From Ranitomeya imitator (Eukaryota), in contig NC_091283.1 of the NCBI RefSeq assembly GCF_032444005.1, forward strand, positions 602,950,001 through 603,014,000: a stretch of 64,000 nucleotides of DNA, given 5' to 3'. Within the stretch, counting starts at the first letter, position 1, and each line of letters starts with the position of its first letter. A program made the translations under genes and the position numbers. The notes under the pieces are model-generated. The model had not been told where the DNA came from. It ran no database searches and saw nothing but the letters and a program-made list of their open reading frames with translations. Positions 1-11,977 of this stretch are shown here, piece by piece.

Positions 1-948
1 TATGTTTAGGATCATTATCCATTTGTAGATGCCATCCTCTTTTCAACTTCAGCTTTTTTACGAATGGTGTTATGTTTGCATCAAGATTTTGTGGAAACTT
101 CATTGAATCCATTCTTCCGTCTACCCATGGAATGTTCCTGTGCCATTGGCTGCAACACAACCCCAAAGCATAATTGATCCACTCCCATGCTTAATGGTTG
201 GTGAGATGTTCTTTTCCTGAAATTCTGTGCCCTTTTTTCTCCACACATACCTTTGATAATTGTGGCCAAAGAATTCTGTTTTGACCTCATCGGTCTTGTT
301 TCCAAGATGCACCAGGCTTGATTAGATGTTCTTTTGCATACTTCTGAAGCTGAATTTTATGGTGAGGACATAGGAGAGGTTTTCTTCTGATGACTCTTCT
401 ATGAAGGCCATATTTGTGAAGATGTCTCTGAACAGTAGAACAATATACCACAACTCCAGAGTCTGCTAATTCTTTCTGAAGGTCTTTTGCAGTCAAGCGG
501 GGGTTCTGATTTTCCTCTCTAGCAATCCTATGAGCAGCTCTCAATTTTGCTCAGTTTTCCAGACCTTATCTTGACCTGCACTGTTCCTGTTAAACTGTCA
601 TTTCTTAGTTGCATTTAAAACTGAGGTAAGGGCAACTTAAAACCACCTTGCTATCTTCCAGTAGCCTTCCCCTGCTTTGTGGGACTCCACCATTTTTATT
701 TTCAGAGTGCTAGACAATTGGGTAGAAGAACCCATGGCTGCTGTTTTTTAGCACAAGATTAGCGGAGGCTCGGTTTTTATAAAGCTGGGAAATTTATAAC
801 ACAATATTTTGCGGGGGGGCCTAAAATACAAAGGAAATGTGTTATAGTTAACTTTAGCCCCTTTAGAGATCATTTCATCTTCAACTTGCTAACTCTTTAT
901 AATAACAGCAATATTGACCACGAGTGCCCAAACTTTTACATGCCGCAG
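1..948 (-). mobile_element. Degenerate Tc1/mariner transposon fragment running off the window start
   Basis: Minus-strand ORFs 287-544 (NPRLTAKDLQKEL...TVQRHLHKYGLHRRVIRRKPLL, Tc3-type HTH) and 121-312 (PTIKHGSGSIMLWGC) are frameshifted Tc1 transposase pieces. A degenerate Tc1-type TIR (reverse complement CTGCGGCATGTAAAAGTTTGGGCAC) ends at 948, next to TA at 949-950. Confidence 0.85.
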
Positions 949-1546
949 TAGTTTTGTTGGGAAAGATTCAGTATAACATGATCTTTATTGAATGAAATCT
1001 CAGCACCTTCTGGGCTTCTGGTCCAGCGGACGGTCCTATTAGTGACTGACAGGCTTCCTTGTGTAAGGGAGGACAGCAGTCAGACGGTGATTAGGACCGT
1101 TTTAATTGGTTGTTGGTCAAGCAAGTCGAAACTGTTCTCACTGGAATGCTCCAAAATCCAGGATACTGGATCTATGTGACAGAATTGAAGGCAACTTCAT
1201 TGGTTTTGATACATCCAAATGGCTAAATAATAGCATGTCGGAGAGTCAGAAAATACTTTATAGCTTATGTAAAGGACACAGTTGTGGGAACATTTTTAGA
1301 TCCTGTAGAAAACTGCATCACAATAAAATACATAGTTGCACTTGCAGTTCTCAAAGCACTTCAGTGCAGAAAAATTCCTCAAATAGGGTACAGTATACAA
1401 TCTGCATGATAAAATCCTAAATGCACAACAAATTACATCCTAAACGTTCGGGGAATGGGTAACAAAGTACAAGACCCAACAATAGAGCCTAATAGTAATC
1501 CCCACCATTCATATGGACAATAGCAGGACAAGCTGCAAAATTCACT

Positions 1547-1946
1547 AAGAAATAAACCAAAAAGCACCAACAACAGCTTTTATGTCCAAAATATCAAACA
1601 ATACTTTATTAATATTAAAGAGTAAAAAACAGGTACAGGGGGAGCATGGGGAGACATGTAACAATGCAATACAAAACGTGCCCACTACAAGCCGTGGACG
1701 GCATATATAAAATGTATGAGTACACAATCCACAGATAAAATAGACATATCACGGCGTAGCCAGATGTATAGCCATGGTCGGCTATCCTGGTGACAATACA
1801 ATGTAAGGCATACAACAATATAGTATACAAATTATAATAGAGACATACTGAGATATATGTGCCCGTCACCACGCCGTCCACCGCTGACCCCGACGCGCGT
1901 TTCGGTAATGAAACCTTCCTCAGGGGTGCTTTTTGGTTTATTTCTT
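1547..1946 (-). mobile_element. Short non-autonomous PLE-derived (retrozyme-like) element with hammerhead motif and 22-bp terminal inverted duplication
   Basis: Hammerhead at 1887-1927. Minus-strand AATAAA at 1605-1610. Perfect 22-bp inverted repeat at 1547-1568 / 1925-1946 (AAGAAATAAACCAAAAAGCACC). No coding capacity. Confidence 0.65.
1887..1927 (-). ncRNA. Minimal type I hammerhead ribozyme motif
   Basis: Minus strand reads ACCC-CUGAGGA-A-GGU UUCAUU ACC-GAAA-CGCGCG-UC-GGGGU: intact core, 3-bp helix II, palindromic helix III (ACGCGCGU), GUC cleavage triplet, 3-bp helix I. Confidence 0.75.
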
Positions 1947-2073
1947 CATGATAAAATCCTGTAGATCACAAGTATGATTGTACCTTGACAGGGGATCTGA
2001 AAACAAAACTCACTTTACAAAGTAAATCTCAATCTTTTTAAATAATGGGGCCGATTTATTAATACTTAATTAA

Positions 2074-2948
2074 AGGGAATCTATCAGTAGATTTTTGCTA
2101 TGTAATGTCAGAGCTCTAAAATGTAGAAGCAGAGACCCTAAATACAGTGATGTGTCACTTATTGGGCTGTGATTTGTGATGTATTGTGTTTTATCTGCAG
2201 GATTACTACAAGACAACTGGCCTTGTGCCTCCTTGTCCAATCACTAACCACACCCCCATCACTGATTAGCAGCTCTCTGTCACTTTACAATGTACACAGA
2301 AAGGTGTGGCGTCCTCAGGGCTCAACAAGTGAGCTCTGCTAGATCTGCAGTAGAGAAGACTGATTTTATCAAATCTTCTGCACCTAGTAAACTAAGTGAT
2401 ACATCACTGGAATCAGGGTCTCTGTCCCTAACTTATGCTGCTCTCAGACTCCCTTTTGGGTGGTTTTCTTAGTACAACTGCCATAGTCCAGTTAAATGAC
2501 TACAGCAGTGATGACTGTTGTCAACGTGACATCACCAATGAGAGACAGCACTGGACCCAGAGAGGGTAAGTAGCTGATATGTTTGTTATTTTAGGTATTT
2601 TACAGCATTTGGTGTCCACTTTACAGACTTGGAAAACCCTTTTAAAGGGGTTGTACTTAGAGAGCAGGCTATCACATATCTACAGCATACATGAGTCCTG
2701 ATTTCTTGGTGTCACACTTTTGAGACCCCCAACGATCCAAAGCAGTAGGTCTGCAGTGCCAAATCTGAATGGAACAGCAGTTGTGCATGAATATCACTGC
2801 TCTATTCACTGACCATCACTCCAGACGGGTCACTAAAAAAGCCTGGTTTGGAGATCATTGTAGTCCCTGCAGTTAAACACGAAACACCAGCCATCAGCAA
2901 CACATCACCTAACCACAGGACAAATTGCTAACTTCATATGACCTCTTT
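2074..2948. mobile_element. Cluster of old TTAA-target (T2/Kolobok-type) MITE remnants
   Basis: TTAA|AGGG start at 2070-2077 and a CCCT-TTTAA-AGGGG junction at 2637-2650, typical termini of amphibian T2-family MITEs. Internal boundaries are uncertain. Confidence 0.45.
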
Positions 2949-3477
2949 ACATTTAGACAGCTTATAACTAGACTAGATGTGCCAGATGTATGAGTGTATA
3001 AGACATGTTGTGCTTTTTTGACACCTGCCTTACTTTATGACACCACTGACGTTAGGTTAAATCTTTTACCAAAAATGTTGGTATAATATGACACAAGTCA
3101 ACTGTCCTCTACTCCATAATTCCTCTTTTATAAGGTGCAAAACATGTCTAAAGCAGATAATTGTGGGGTACACATTTGCCCCCATTTTTAGTTCATTTGA
3201 CACCAGTACAGCCACGCAATATTCTTAGTAAACCTGCCCTAATGTCCTTTCTGAGTGGCTATTTTTTTATTTCTTTATAGTGGTCAGGTCTCTGTCCTGA
3301 TACGGAGCGTGAAATCCTTAGCACTTAAATATATTAAAAAACAAAATGTTGGTTGCCTGCAGCCCTAGTGAAGCCTATTGCCTACTACCTAATTAATGAG
3401 CTCAATATATGCAATAATCATGACTAAGCTCCCCCATTACTTGTAGTGGCATTCCAGTTAGAAAATCCAAAAACTAA

Positions 3478-3900
3478 GGCCTCATTCAAACAGTTTTTTG
3501 GAAACTAGTTCTATCCACGGTTTTCACAGATAGAACTCCTACCCATTAGTCTTTGGGGCTGTTCACATTTCTGTGTAATTTTGCCAACTGAGAAATACCG
3601 GTATGCAGAAAATCATGAAAACATGTCTGATTTTTGATTGGAGTCTCAGATCCGTTTCACCCATGCAAGTCTATGGGGCTGTGGAAAAATTGGACACTTC
3701 TCGTATGCTATCCTTGTTCTATCGATTTTCACAGACTTTTTGATATGAGAAGCCTGAAAAAACTTCATATTTATTTTTTTCAGTCAAGAAAAACTAATAA
3801 CACTTTGGTAGTAAAAACTGACATCCTGTGTAAAATCTGATGGAACTCTGATAAAAACATTTAGGAAGCGCAAGAGAAAATCTCTGATGTCCGAATGAAC
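3478..3900. mobile_element. Degenerate MITE
   Basis: Starts TAA|GGCCTCATTCAAACA and ends GTCCGAATGAACTC|TAA (imperfect TIRs). Contains internal CAAGTCTATGGGGCTG / CCCATTAGTCTTTGGGGCTG motifs typical of this MITE type. Confidence 0.45.
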
Positions 3901-4411
3901 TCTAACAGGAGAATTTATCAACACATACAGGGCCCGATTCATTAAAATTAGCGCTTTACACCTCCAGTCTTAATAAATTCGGTGCATCATACTCCAGAGA
4001 GATGTGTGCTTCTTTAATGAATTTGTCACATCTTTCCACTGCCATGCACGACAAGTAGAAATGTACAACAGCGAGGGTCTGGAATACATTTCTGATGTAA
4101 TTTACACTACTTTACTGGCGTAAATAATGATGAATTTGGCCACTCCATGTCCCACCGCAGCTCTGCCAGCTTCGGTGATGCTGTCCAAGATTGGCGTAAA
4201 AACGCTTACGTTTTTGCACAACTTTGACTTTTGAGAAGTCCTACCAGCTGTTTAGAAAAGTACCTTGCACCAAATTTTGTTACTTTTTGACAACAGAAAA
4301 ATAGCAGAGAGGGATGATAACTTGACCTTTTGATTCTTCATTTGTTTCATCTAGGTTTTTCTTTTGAGACATTGTATTTTAAAGTTAATTTATTTTCTGA
4401 TTTCATTTTAG

Positions 4412-4586
4412 AGTGAATATTCTCCAGGACAGAAGTTATCGGCAGCTAAGGAAAGCAATTTATTAAGTGTGAAAAAGCCCCTGGTGTGCAGAACCCACTC
4501 ACTGCCAAATGACAGCTATATGTTAAGGACAGAACACGTGTGCGCAGAGTGCCAAGCAAAAAGAAATCTCTCTTACCGGAAATCAG
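4412..4586 (+). CDS. T-type (Cav3) calcium channel alpha-1 subunit, C-terminal cytoplasmic exon (third from last)
   Basis: Acceptor tttcattttAG|, donor |GTactc. 175 nt, phase 0 to 1. Translates SEYSPGQKLSAAKESNLLSVKKPLVCRTHSLPNDSYMLRTEH...RKS, matching the Cav3.1/3.2 motif LLxVRKxxVSRxxSLPNDSYM as recalled. An alternative acceptor at 4427/4428 cannot be excluded. The paralogue (CACNA1G vs CACNA1H vs other) is not resolved. Confidence 0.85.
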
Positions 4587-6210
4587 GTACTCTATAGGCA
4601 ACGTACTGTGTAAAATAGAGAAAAACAGAAAACTGAGCCGGAGTATCACTTGGAAACATGCATGATGTAAAAGCATGGAAACAAACAAAACCAAAGAAAA
4701 GACAATATGTGCATATATCCTATAGAAAATAAGTAAAAAAAGCAAGTGCATTAAATAATTAACATAGGGTACTTAGTAAACACCATTTTTGATTAAAAAA
4801 AAAAAGCATAAAGCTGTTCCACCGTGACAAGGTGTACCCAAATGGGACAGTAACTACACTCTCTAATGTTAAAGCCTCCCTAGTGAGAATAATGGCAGAG
4901 AGTCACAGGGTCCCAACCGGACACCCAGCTTTGGAGGGACTATGTAAACTAGTTGTAATAAATCATAAGATATCAAAGGAGCTTATGAACTTAGTTACTT
5001 ACTTGGCCAAAGTAACATAGCAGGGTGGTTAGGCCTTCTAGGGTACCTGTATGGGGCGAGAGCCAGGGTTGGATTACGGTATCTGATTTTATAGATAAAT
5101 TGTAAGTAGTTCTTTCCCCAACACTTCTTACCATAGACCCTATTGCACCTCTTTATTCCCAAACAGTCAAAGGTATACACATTATATAGGAAGACCATGC
5201 TGAAATGTGGCCTTTCTAGGGAGGACCAAGTCCATGTTCATCTCATGCGTTTTGTTAAAAAGTGGTGAGATCCTGTGCAGGACTCCCCGCTCTAGAGTAG
5301 GAAATGATGCCTGTGGATTATAGGAAGGGAGTTGAAGGGGACACATTCCTTCTTCTCAGCGGCAAAATATGCACTATAACTGGACTCAATTTTTCCCGTC
5401 TTGTCACTTTAGGCTATAATTGATTTTCAGCTAATTTTGCACTACAAGATACTGTATCTATGTAACTAATGAATTACTTTCTCTTTTCATTATTCTATTC
5501 GATTTGAGCCCATTTTAATCCTAGCTAATCTGAAAAAAATGTAATTCAGTTAGTTTTTTTAAAAATTAGTAGTAGTACCAATCTATCGTCTAATTTGAGG
5601 GAAACAGAGTTTGTCCTGAGATGATTCCAACCTTAGTTACTTGGCATAACTGAATGCTTTATTCAAACTTTTAGCAGGCCCAAATATCCTGTTCTACCTC
5701 ATGAAACAAATAAAGTTGTCAACCTTACTGACAGAAATTGGAAAATGCAAATGTACATATCACACCAGTCATGCCTAAGAAAGGTCTGTTGCTGCCCATC
5801 TTTGCATTGTGTAAACACTCCGATCTCTGTGTCCATATGATGAAGATGGTGGGGTCACTTGATTATAATATGTGATGACCTCCTGACTGTCCCCATCTTT
5901 TACACAGGCTCTGTACATGTCCCCCTCTTAAACATGTACAGGATATTTTTCTGGTGCTTGAGAAGGTTTCCAGTTATTTTCTGCAAATTTGAAATCTTAG
6001 CTGTGAAAAAAAAAAAATCACAATTAACAATTGTGATCTGACTCAAGCATTTAATGAATTAGGACTGGACTCTTGAATTCACCATAAATTCTATATTGCA
6101 ATATGAATAAAGTGCCAAGGTTAGTAGGTATCTACTTGTAAAGACTTGATTAGAATTTCACACTTTCAAAAAAAGGTATAAGGCAAACAGATGCAAATTT
6201 ATGTCAAGTA

Positions 6211-7336
6211 TACTGATCAGAAATAACATTAAAACCACCCACCTAATAATGTGCTGCCAAAATGGCTGACTCATCACGGCTTGTTATTCTCCCCTGTGAT
6301 GGTGTGCTTTTATCTGTCACCAAAATGATGTTATAATATGTGGTCTCAATAGATTAAACTTTTGCTGAAGCACATCCAACAGATATTCGATTGATCGGAT
6401 ATAATTTCAAGACCAAGTTAACTCGTTGAACTCTTGGCAATGTTCCTCAAACCATTTCTAAAGAATTTTTGCAATGTGGTAGGTTGTGTTATCCTACTGA
6501 AAGAGACCACTGCCATTTGGGCATACTGTTAACATGAAGGAATGTCTAAGTATCATCCACATGAATAGAGCATCATAGTGAGATCTCCATCCCCCAGATT
6601 AGGGACACACGTTCCCGTCATCTACTTATGTAAAGGTAAACAAACTGTTAAATCAGGCCATCTGCTTCTCTTGTTCAATGGTGTAGAATTGATGCTCACT
6701 TGCCTAATGTATTAAACAAAAAGACATGATATCACTCATGGCTTGTGACCATTCTCAAAGCCTACTCTACAGAAAAAAAGCTTGAAGATCATTGTGCACA
6801 TGACTTGATATGCCCATTGTATGCACTTTTGGCAGTCGACACAGATTAACATAGTCACTCTGACTGGTCTGTAACTATGCCTCAGGCAGTGATGTGCTGG
6901 GTGTTCTGACACCTTTCTATTATAGCCAGCTTTATTGTTTTCACTAATATCTTATTCAGTTTTACTTTTTTTTTTAAATTGAACCAGGAGGGCTAGTCTT
7001 CACCTCCCATGTCCACCAGTGAGCTCTAGGCACACATGACCCTGTTGTAAGTCCTTCTGTTACCACTGGTAGTAGTTACCAACCACTGAATACTACATGC
7101 ACCTCACAAGACCCAGCATTTTGGAGATGCTATGACAAGTTGTCTAGCCATCATAATTTGGCCCTTGTCAACATTACTCAGGTCATCTTTTTTGCCCATT
7201 TTCTTGCTTCCAACACATTTACTTCAAGAACTGACTGTTCACTTGCTGCCCAACATATAATGCAGTTATTGACAGGTGCCATTGTCACAACATATTAAAT
7301 GATATTCACATTATGTTTAATGTTATGGCTGGTCTG
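6211..7336 (-). mobile_element. Old, internally deleted Tc1/mariner element
   Basis: Termini (T)ACTGATCAGAAATAACATTAAAACC and TTTAATGTTATGGCTGGTCTG|TA are imperfect inverted repeats of the CACTGATCAGCCATAACATT type. No intact ORF. Strand is inferred. Confidence 0.6.
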
Positions 7337-7916
7337 TATGTCTGCTTGTTTTAACAGATTTGTTTGCTTTTTATTTTTTTATAATATGAAGATTTCTTTT
7401 ATCCTTTTCTTAGTTTGGCAAAGGCAAACATATTCAATGGAAACATACGTTTGGATTTGTTTTCTACTATGCAAAACAATGTACCTTAACAGTTAAATGG
7501 TTTAACCGGAGTGTGTAAATATTTTAAGAACATAATTGCCTAGCCAAAAAAATGAATCTGCAGATATAATATGCAACAAATTACCATTATCTTGATGTAG
7601 ACTAAGACCCCCATACACATTACACTAGCGTTGGCCAAAACAGCCGATACAGTCGAGTTCGGCTGACAATTTAATGTACGTGGAGGTCTCCCGACAGATG
7701 GGAGATAAAGATCCAACGTTTCCGATTTCAGACTGCCATATCCTGTATATGATATGTGCGCCAGATATATTTGAGGAAGGTATTTGTTGGCTTTATAGTT
7801 AGAGGTGTTTTAGAAACCAGATCCCATTGAAGATGATATACTGTATACCCTAATATATCAGAATGGATATACATATTAGTCCTCACAACCTAACTGACCT
7901 AGGTCACACTCCAAAC

Positions 7917-8610
7917 ATAGCTTTTCATAACAAGAACCAATGAAGGCACATGGAGTGTATAGATAAAATCAAAGAATATTATTATACACAAAATTATACA
8001 TAAAAAATCACGTCATTAATATATAATGAATGCCTCAAGAAATGACCAAGGACCTCAGCAAAACAACACACAACCATTCACATAGAGTAGTTTGTAACAC
8101 TAGATGATGTGGTCAAGCGGAATCTATGAAAAACGAAACTAGGAGTAGTCACAGCAAAAATTAATGCAAAATGCCAATCATCGAACCTGAATAATTCAAC
8201 CTAGCAAAATCAATTTCCCATGTTACCACCTATAGACCTCAATCATTAAAGTGCCCATGTGCACAGTGCTAGCTTTATCAATATAAATAAGTAAAGTGCC
8301 AGTAATCACATAATACCTGAATGTTGTGTGAATGCTGCTGTGTCTCACCCCCTCACGTGTTTCGCCAAGTCTTCTTCCGGGGGCGTGTATTGGTGAGGAG
8401 GCTAAATGGCCTTTTAACATATCCATTGTCCAATCAGAAAGCCGATGCGATAACTCGGCAAATTAGTGCAGCTGTGCTCATAGAAGCCGAAATCGGAAAC
8501 GTTGGATCCTTATCTCCAATCTGTCGGGAGACCTCCACGTACATTAAAATTCTTTGATTTTATATATACACTCCATGTGCCTTCATTGGTTCTTGTTATG
8601 AAAACCTATT
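7917..8610 (-). mobile_element. PLE-derived non-autonomous element with decayed hammerhead and 61-bp terminal inverted duplication
   Basis: 7917-7977 and about 8549-8610 are reverse complements (2 mismatches). A hammerhead-like relic lies at 8348-8384. Confidence 0.55.
8348..8384 (-). pseudogene. Decayed hammerhead ribozyme relic
   Basis: Minus strand GCCCC-CGGAAGA-AGACUUGGC-GAAA-CACGUGA-GGGGG. Layout matches the intact copies, but the core is CGGA instead of CUGA, the helix III palindrome is broken and the cleavage triplet is non-canonical. Confidence 0.45.
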
Positions 8611-8970
8611 ATATCAGAAGCTGCAGAAAATTATCAGCTAACTAAAACATATGGGGGGCTTACCTTAAAAATACTTCAGAGGGTGTGAAGATTTTAATAT
8701 TCATGACCCAACCACAGCAAAGGCCAACAATATTTAATTGGTGGGCGTTCAAGCCTCGGCTCCACCATCAAGTAGCTATTTAAAGGGGCTGCAGTACTAC
8801 TTCTATTGCTTTAATCAACAAATGGTTGTAAGAACTTAATGTAAAAGCACTTTTATTCATATTGCCTGCTAAATAATTGACATATATATTCATGTTGTGG
8901 TTTTATTTATATCTCTTGAGATCGTTTATAGTAAATTTCAATTCTCTTTTTTACTTTGACATCCATGTAG

Positions 8971-9104
8971 GTTCTAGCACCCATGTTGACAGCAGCTGCC
9001 TTCTACAAGAAGCTGTGCTGAATGATGTGAAATCGGAATTAGTGATCCCAAAAATCACTGCCCCCCTACGATCACCAGCTACACATAGAATGCTTCGAAG
9101 ACAG
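8971..9104 (+). CDS. T-type (Cav3) calcium channel alpha-1 subunit, penultimate exon
   Basis: Acceptor catccatgtAG|, donor CAG|GTacgt. 134 nt, phase 1 to 0, matching both neighbouring exons. Translates (G)SSTHVDSSCLLQEAVLNDVKSELVIPKITAPLRSPATHRMLRRQ, similar to recalled Cav3.1 ...DTSYILQ...[20 protein letters not shown]. Confidence 0.85.
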
Positions 9105-9456
9105 GTACGTATAGCATATGCCTGTGCTAGGAATGTCTATAACAGCTTTTACTAAATTGTTTTTTGTTAAAGATTTTTTTTTAAAGAAAGCCACCGTGAT
9201 GATCAGCTTATCACAGTGGATGTGGCTCTTGTAAGCTGATGAGAAGTGTTAATATTGTTGGGCCACTACTGGAAAAATATAGTATTGCAGGAGTCAATTG
9301 AAATACATGTAATACAAAGCTTCGTCAAATTCTTTCTAGAGCCTTTCTACCCATAAAAATTAATATTTGATTATTTTTTATTAGTTGACATTTTATTATT
9401 TATCCTGTAATGTATAATATAATTTGATGTACTTGTCATTATTTTTGATATTACAG

Positions 9457-10221
9457 AAAGCGGTCCAGAATGATTCATTTGAAATGTTTTCGGATAACAA
9501 GGAAAGTGACCAAGATGAAGCAGCAGAAAATCTTGTAATCTTACCAGTTTGCCAACTGACTACAAATGTGCCAACCATCCTAAAGCCTATGGAACCTGAA
9601 AGGAATTTATGTGAGATGGAAAAACAAACTGTTTACACACAACATTGCCATGATACTGTTCACTGTCCAGGTGCTTCCCAGACAAATAGAAACACTTTCA
9701 TCGAGTCAACAGGAGATCAAGAACGGACACATTTATTGAATACATCTCAATGTAAAAAACATTTCAATCTAAAAACTTGTGAGACACTAAGATTCTACTC
9801 CGCTGCTTACTCATTAAGCCAGAAAGTAAAACTGGAAAACAGTAACAATGTAGTTTTAAGAGACATGAAGAAGTTCTACAGCATGGATGCTCACGGTGCC
9901 CTTAAAAAAACAACTTCATGGCTTGAAGACTCCAGAAGACATTCTATTGAAGTGTGTTCAATGGAAAACACTATATCTCACTACCCAGCTTCACGTTCTT
10001 GTGGCTTCATTAGCCATATACTCAATGAAAGAGAAGACTTCCAAACAGTACATAATAAAAGTGGACATATCCCTTACTGCCCAGACTGCGTGCCCTCGGG
10101 TGTGACACATGGACATCCATGCTTAGAGGCAGAAGCTTTAAGAAGACAATCGTACTCATTAGATTCAAAGGACCTCCCTAAAATTGTTGATCCCTTAGTT
10201 CCAGAGATGTCAATATCTTAA
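9457..10221 (+). CDS. T-type (Cav3) calcium channel alpha-1 subunit, terminal coding exon
   Basis: Acceptor tttttgatattacAG| in phase 0, open to TAA at 10219-10221. Contains KAVQNDSFE, RDMKKFYSMDAHG..TSWLEDSRRHSIEVC and LRRQSYSLDSKD, matching recalled Cav3 C-terminal motifs (Cav3.1 RDLKKCYSVEAQ..TSWLDEQRRHSI, LRRRAPSSDSKD). Confidence 0.88.
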   Translation, partial: KAVQNDSFEMFSDNKESDQDEAAENLVILPVCQLTTNVPTILKPMEPERNLCEMEKQTVYTQHCHDTVHCPGASQTNRNTFIESTGDQERTHLLNTSQCKKHFNLKTCETLRFYSAAYSLSQKVKLENSNNVVLRDMKKFYSMDAHGALKKTTSWLEDSRRHSIEVCSMENTISHYPASRSCGFISHILNEREDFQTVHNKSGHIPYCPDCVPSGVTHGHPCLEAEALRRQSYSLDSKDLPKIVDPLVPEMSIS

Positions 10222-10461
10222 TTTCTAATAATAATTTTTCTATCAATTCAATTGAAAAGAAAAAAGCGCCTATTTTTGATTCAGTGTGAACATTTGTTAC
10301 AAAATGATGAGCTGCTCAGTGGCTAAAAATGGAAAAACTTGAAGGTCGGCAGCTCTGGGGAAATACTTGAACACCTGTTCTATTTGGACAAAAAGCAATA
10401 CAGTTTCAAAAAGGATTTTCACATTTCTCTAGCTAGTAAACTCATTATGTTATTTTTATTA

Positions 10462-10467
10462 AATAAA
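10462..10467 (+). terminator. Candidate polyadenylation signal of the Cav3 gene
   Basis: First canonical AATAAA seen, about 240 nt after the stop codon. Usage is unverified. Confidence 0.35.
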
Positions 10468-11235
10468 CTCTATAGAGTGTCAGCTATACTCAAAGTGTCA
10501 TATGGTCTTTAAGTTAAAGATGTATATCATATTCAGTATAGCACACATAGGATACCTTTCAGATTGAGGGTATAGGGATTGGTATTGCTATAGATCCTGT
10601 GAGAAAAACCTCTACATAATGGAATAGGGGCAGAACATATTTACCATGGGAAAAAAGGGCTAGAAAGAGATAGAAAAGTGTCAAATAGTATACATAGTAT
10701 ACCAAGAAGCAAAAAATATGCTAATATTGTATTTAGAAAAAATTACATTAATTCCATTACAAAGCTCAGTATTGCTCAAAATGTCGTGAAAGTCTAAAAT
10801 TAAAGAAACACTCCTATTTACTTATTTTTCCCCCTAAACCTATGTATATAGTGTAAGGTCAATATGTTAATATACTCACCATTCACCTCTTCTCCGGTAT
10901 CCAGTGTCGTTCTGCTCCTCTTCTGAGTCACGTGACGGCAATTCTGACTGTCCACATCACACTACGCTCTATGTGTGACCTGGAAGTCTCTCTTACAATG
11001 TAAGTCTATGGAGCCTTGTTCGGGTTCTCCATAGGCTTATATTGTAAAAGCCGCTATAGAGCATAGTACATAGAACAATTACCCAGGTATAGGGGAAAGA
11101 AGGTCATGGGAATGCTTCTTTAAGGAAATCTCCCAATAGTCTAGATTGTCTATCTGCACATTTCTGTTTCTCCATGGTAACAGACTACAAACAAACCCTA
11201 ACCAAATGTAAATCAGCAAGAAGTTGTGGACTAAA

Positions 11236-11977
11236 GGCCCCTTCACATTAAGCGACGCTGCAGTGATACCGACAACGATCCGGATCGCTGCAGCGTCGCT
11301 GTTTGGTCGCTGGAGAGCTGTCACACAGACAGCTCTCCAGCGACCAACGATCCCGAAGTCCCCGGGTAACCAGGGTAAACATCGGGTAACTAAGCACAGG
11401 GCCGCGCTTAGTAACCCGTTGTTTACCCTGGTTACCAGCGTAAAAGTAAAAAAAACAAACAGTACATACTTTCCTACCGCTGTCTGTCCCCGGCGCTCAG
11501 CTTCTCTGCACTCCTCCTGCACTGGCTGTGAGCACAGCGGCCGGAAAGCAGAGCGGTGATGTCACCGCTCTGCTTTCCGGCTGACCGACGCTCACAGCCA
11601 GTACAGGAGGAGTGCAGAGCACAGCGCCGGGGACAAACAGCGGTAGGTAAGTATGTAGTTTTTTTTTTTTTACTTTTACGCTGGTAACCAGGGTAAACAT
11701 TGGGTTACTAAGGGCGGCCCTGCACTTAGTTATCCGATGTTTACCCTGGTTACCAGTGAAGACATCGCTGGATCGGTGTCACACACGCCGATCCAGCGAT
11801 GTCCACGGGAGATCCAGCGACGAAATAAAGTTCTGGACTTTGTTCAGCGACCAACGATCTCCCAGCAGGGGCCTGATCGTTGGTCGCTGTCACACAGAAC
11901 GATTTCCTTAACGATATCGTTGCTACATCACAAAAAGCAACGATATCGTTAATGATATCGTTATGTGTGAAGGTACC
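11236..11977. mobile_element. Near-palindromic TTAA-target MITE (T2/Kolobok-type), about 740 bp
   Basis: TIRs GGCCCCTTCACA / TGTGAAGGTACC flanked by TAAA and TTAA. Contains long internal inverted repeats (GGTAACCAGGGTAAACATCGGGT..., GTCACCGCTCTGCTTTCCGG). Confidence 0.85.

Noticed and set aside
2473-2570. Exon-like segment ending in a strong G|GTAAG donor
   Set aside because: It lies inside a T2-type MITE cluster, its translation has no Cav3 similarity, and its phase does not fit the phase-0 start of the 4412 exon.
4760-5300. Repeat-like segment resembling other amphibian non-autonomous retro-derived inserts
   Set aside because: No hammerhead core, TIR, TSD or ORF could be identified, so it is not annotated.
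8348-8384. Fourth hammerhead as an active ribozyme
   Set aside because: The core has CGGA instead of CUGA, helix III is broken and G sits at the cleavage position. It is kept only as a relic.
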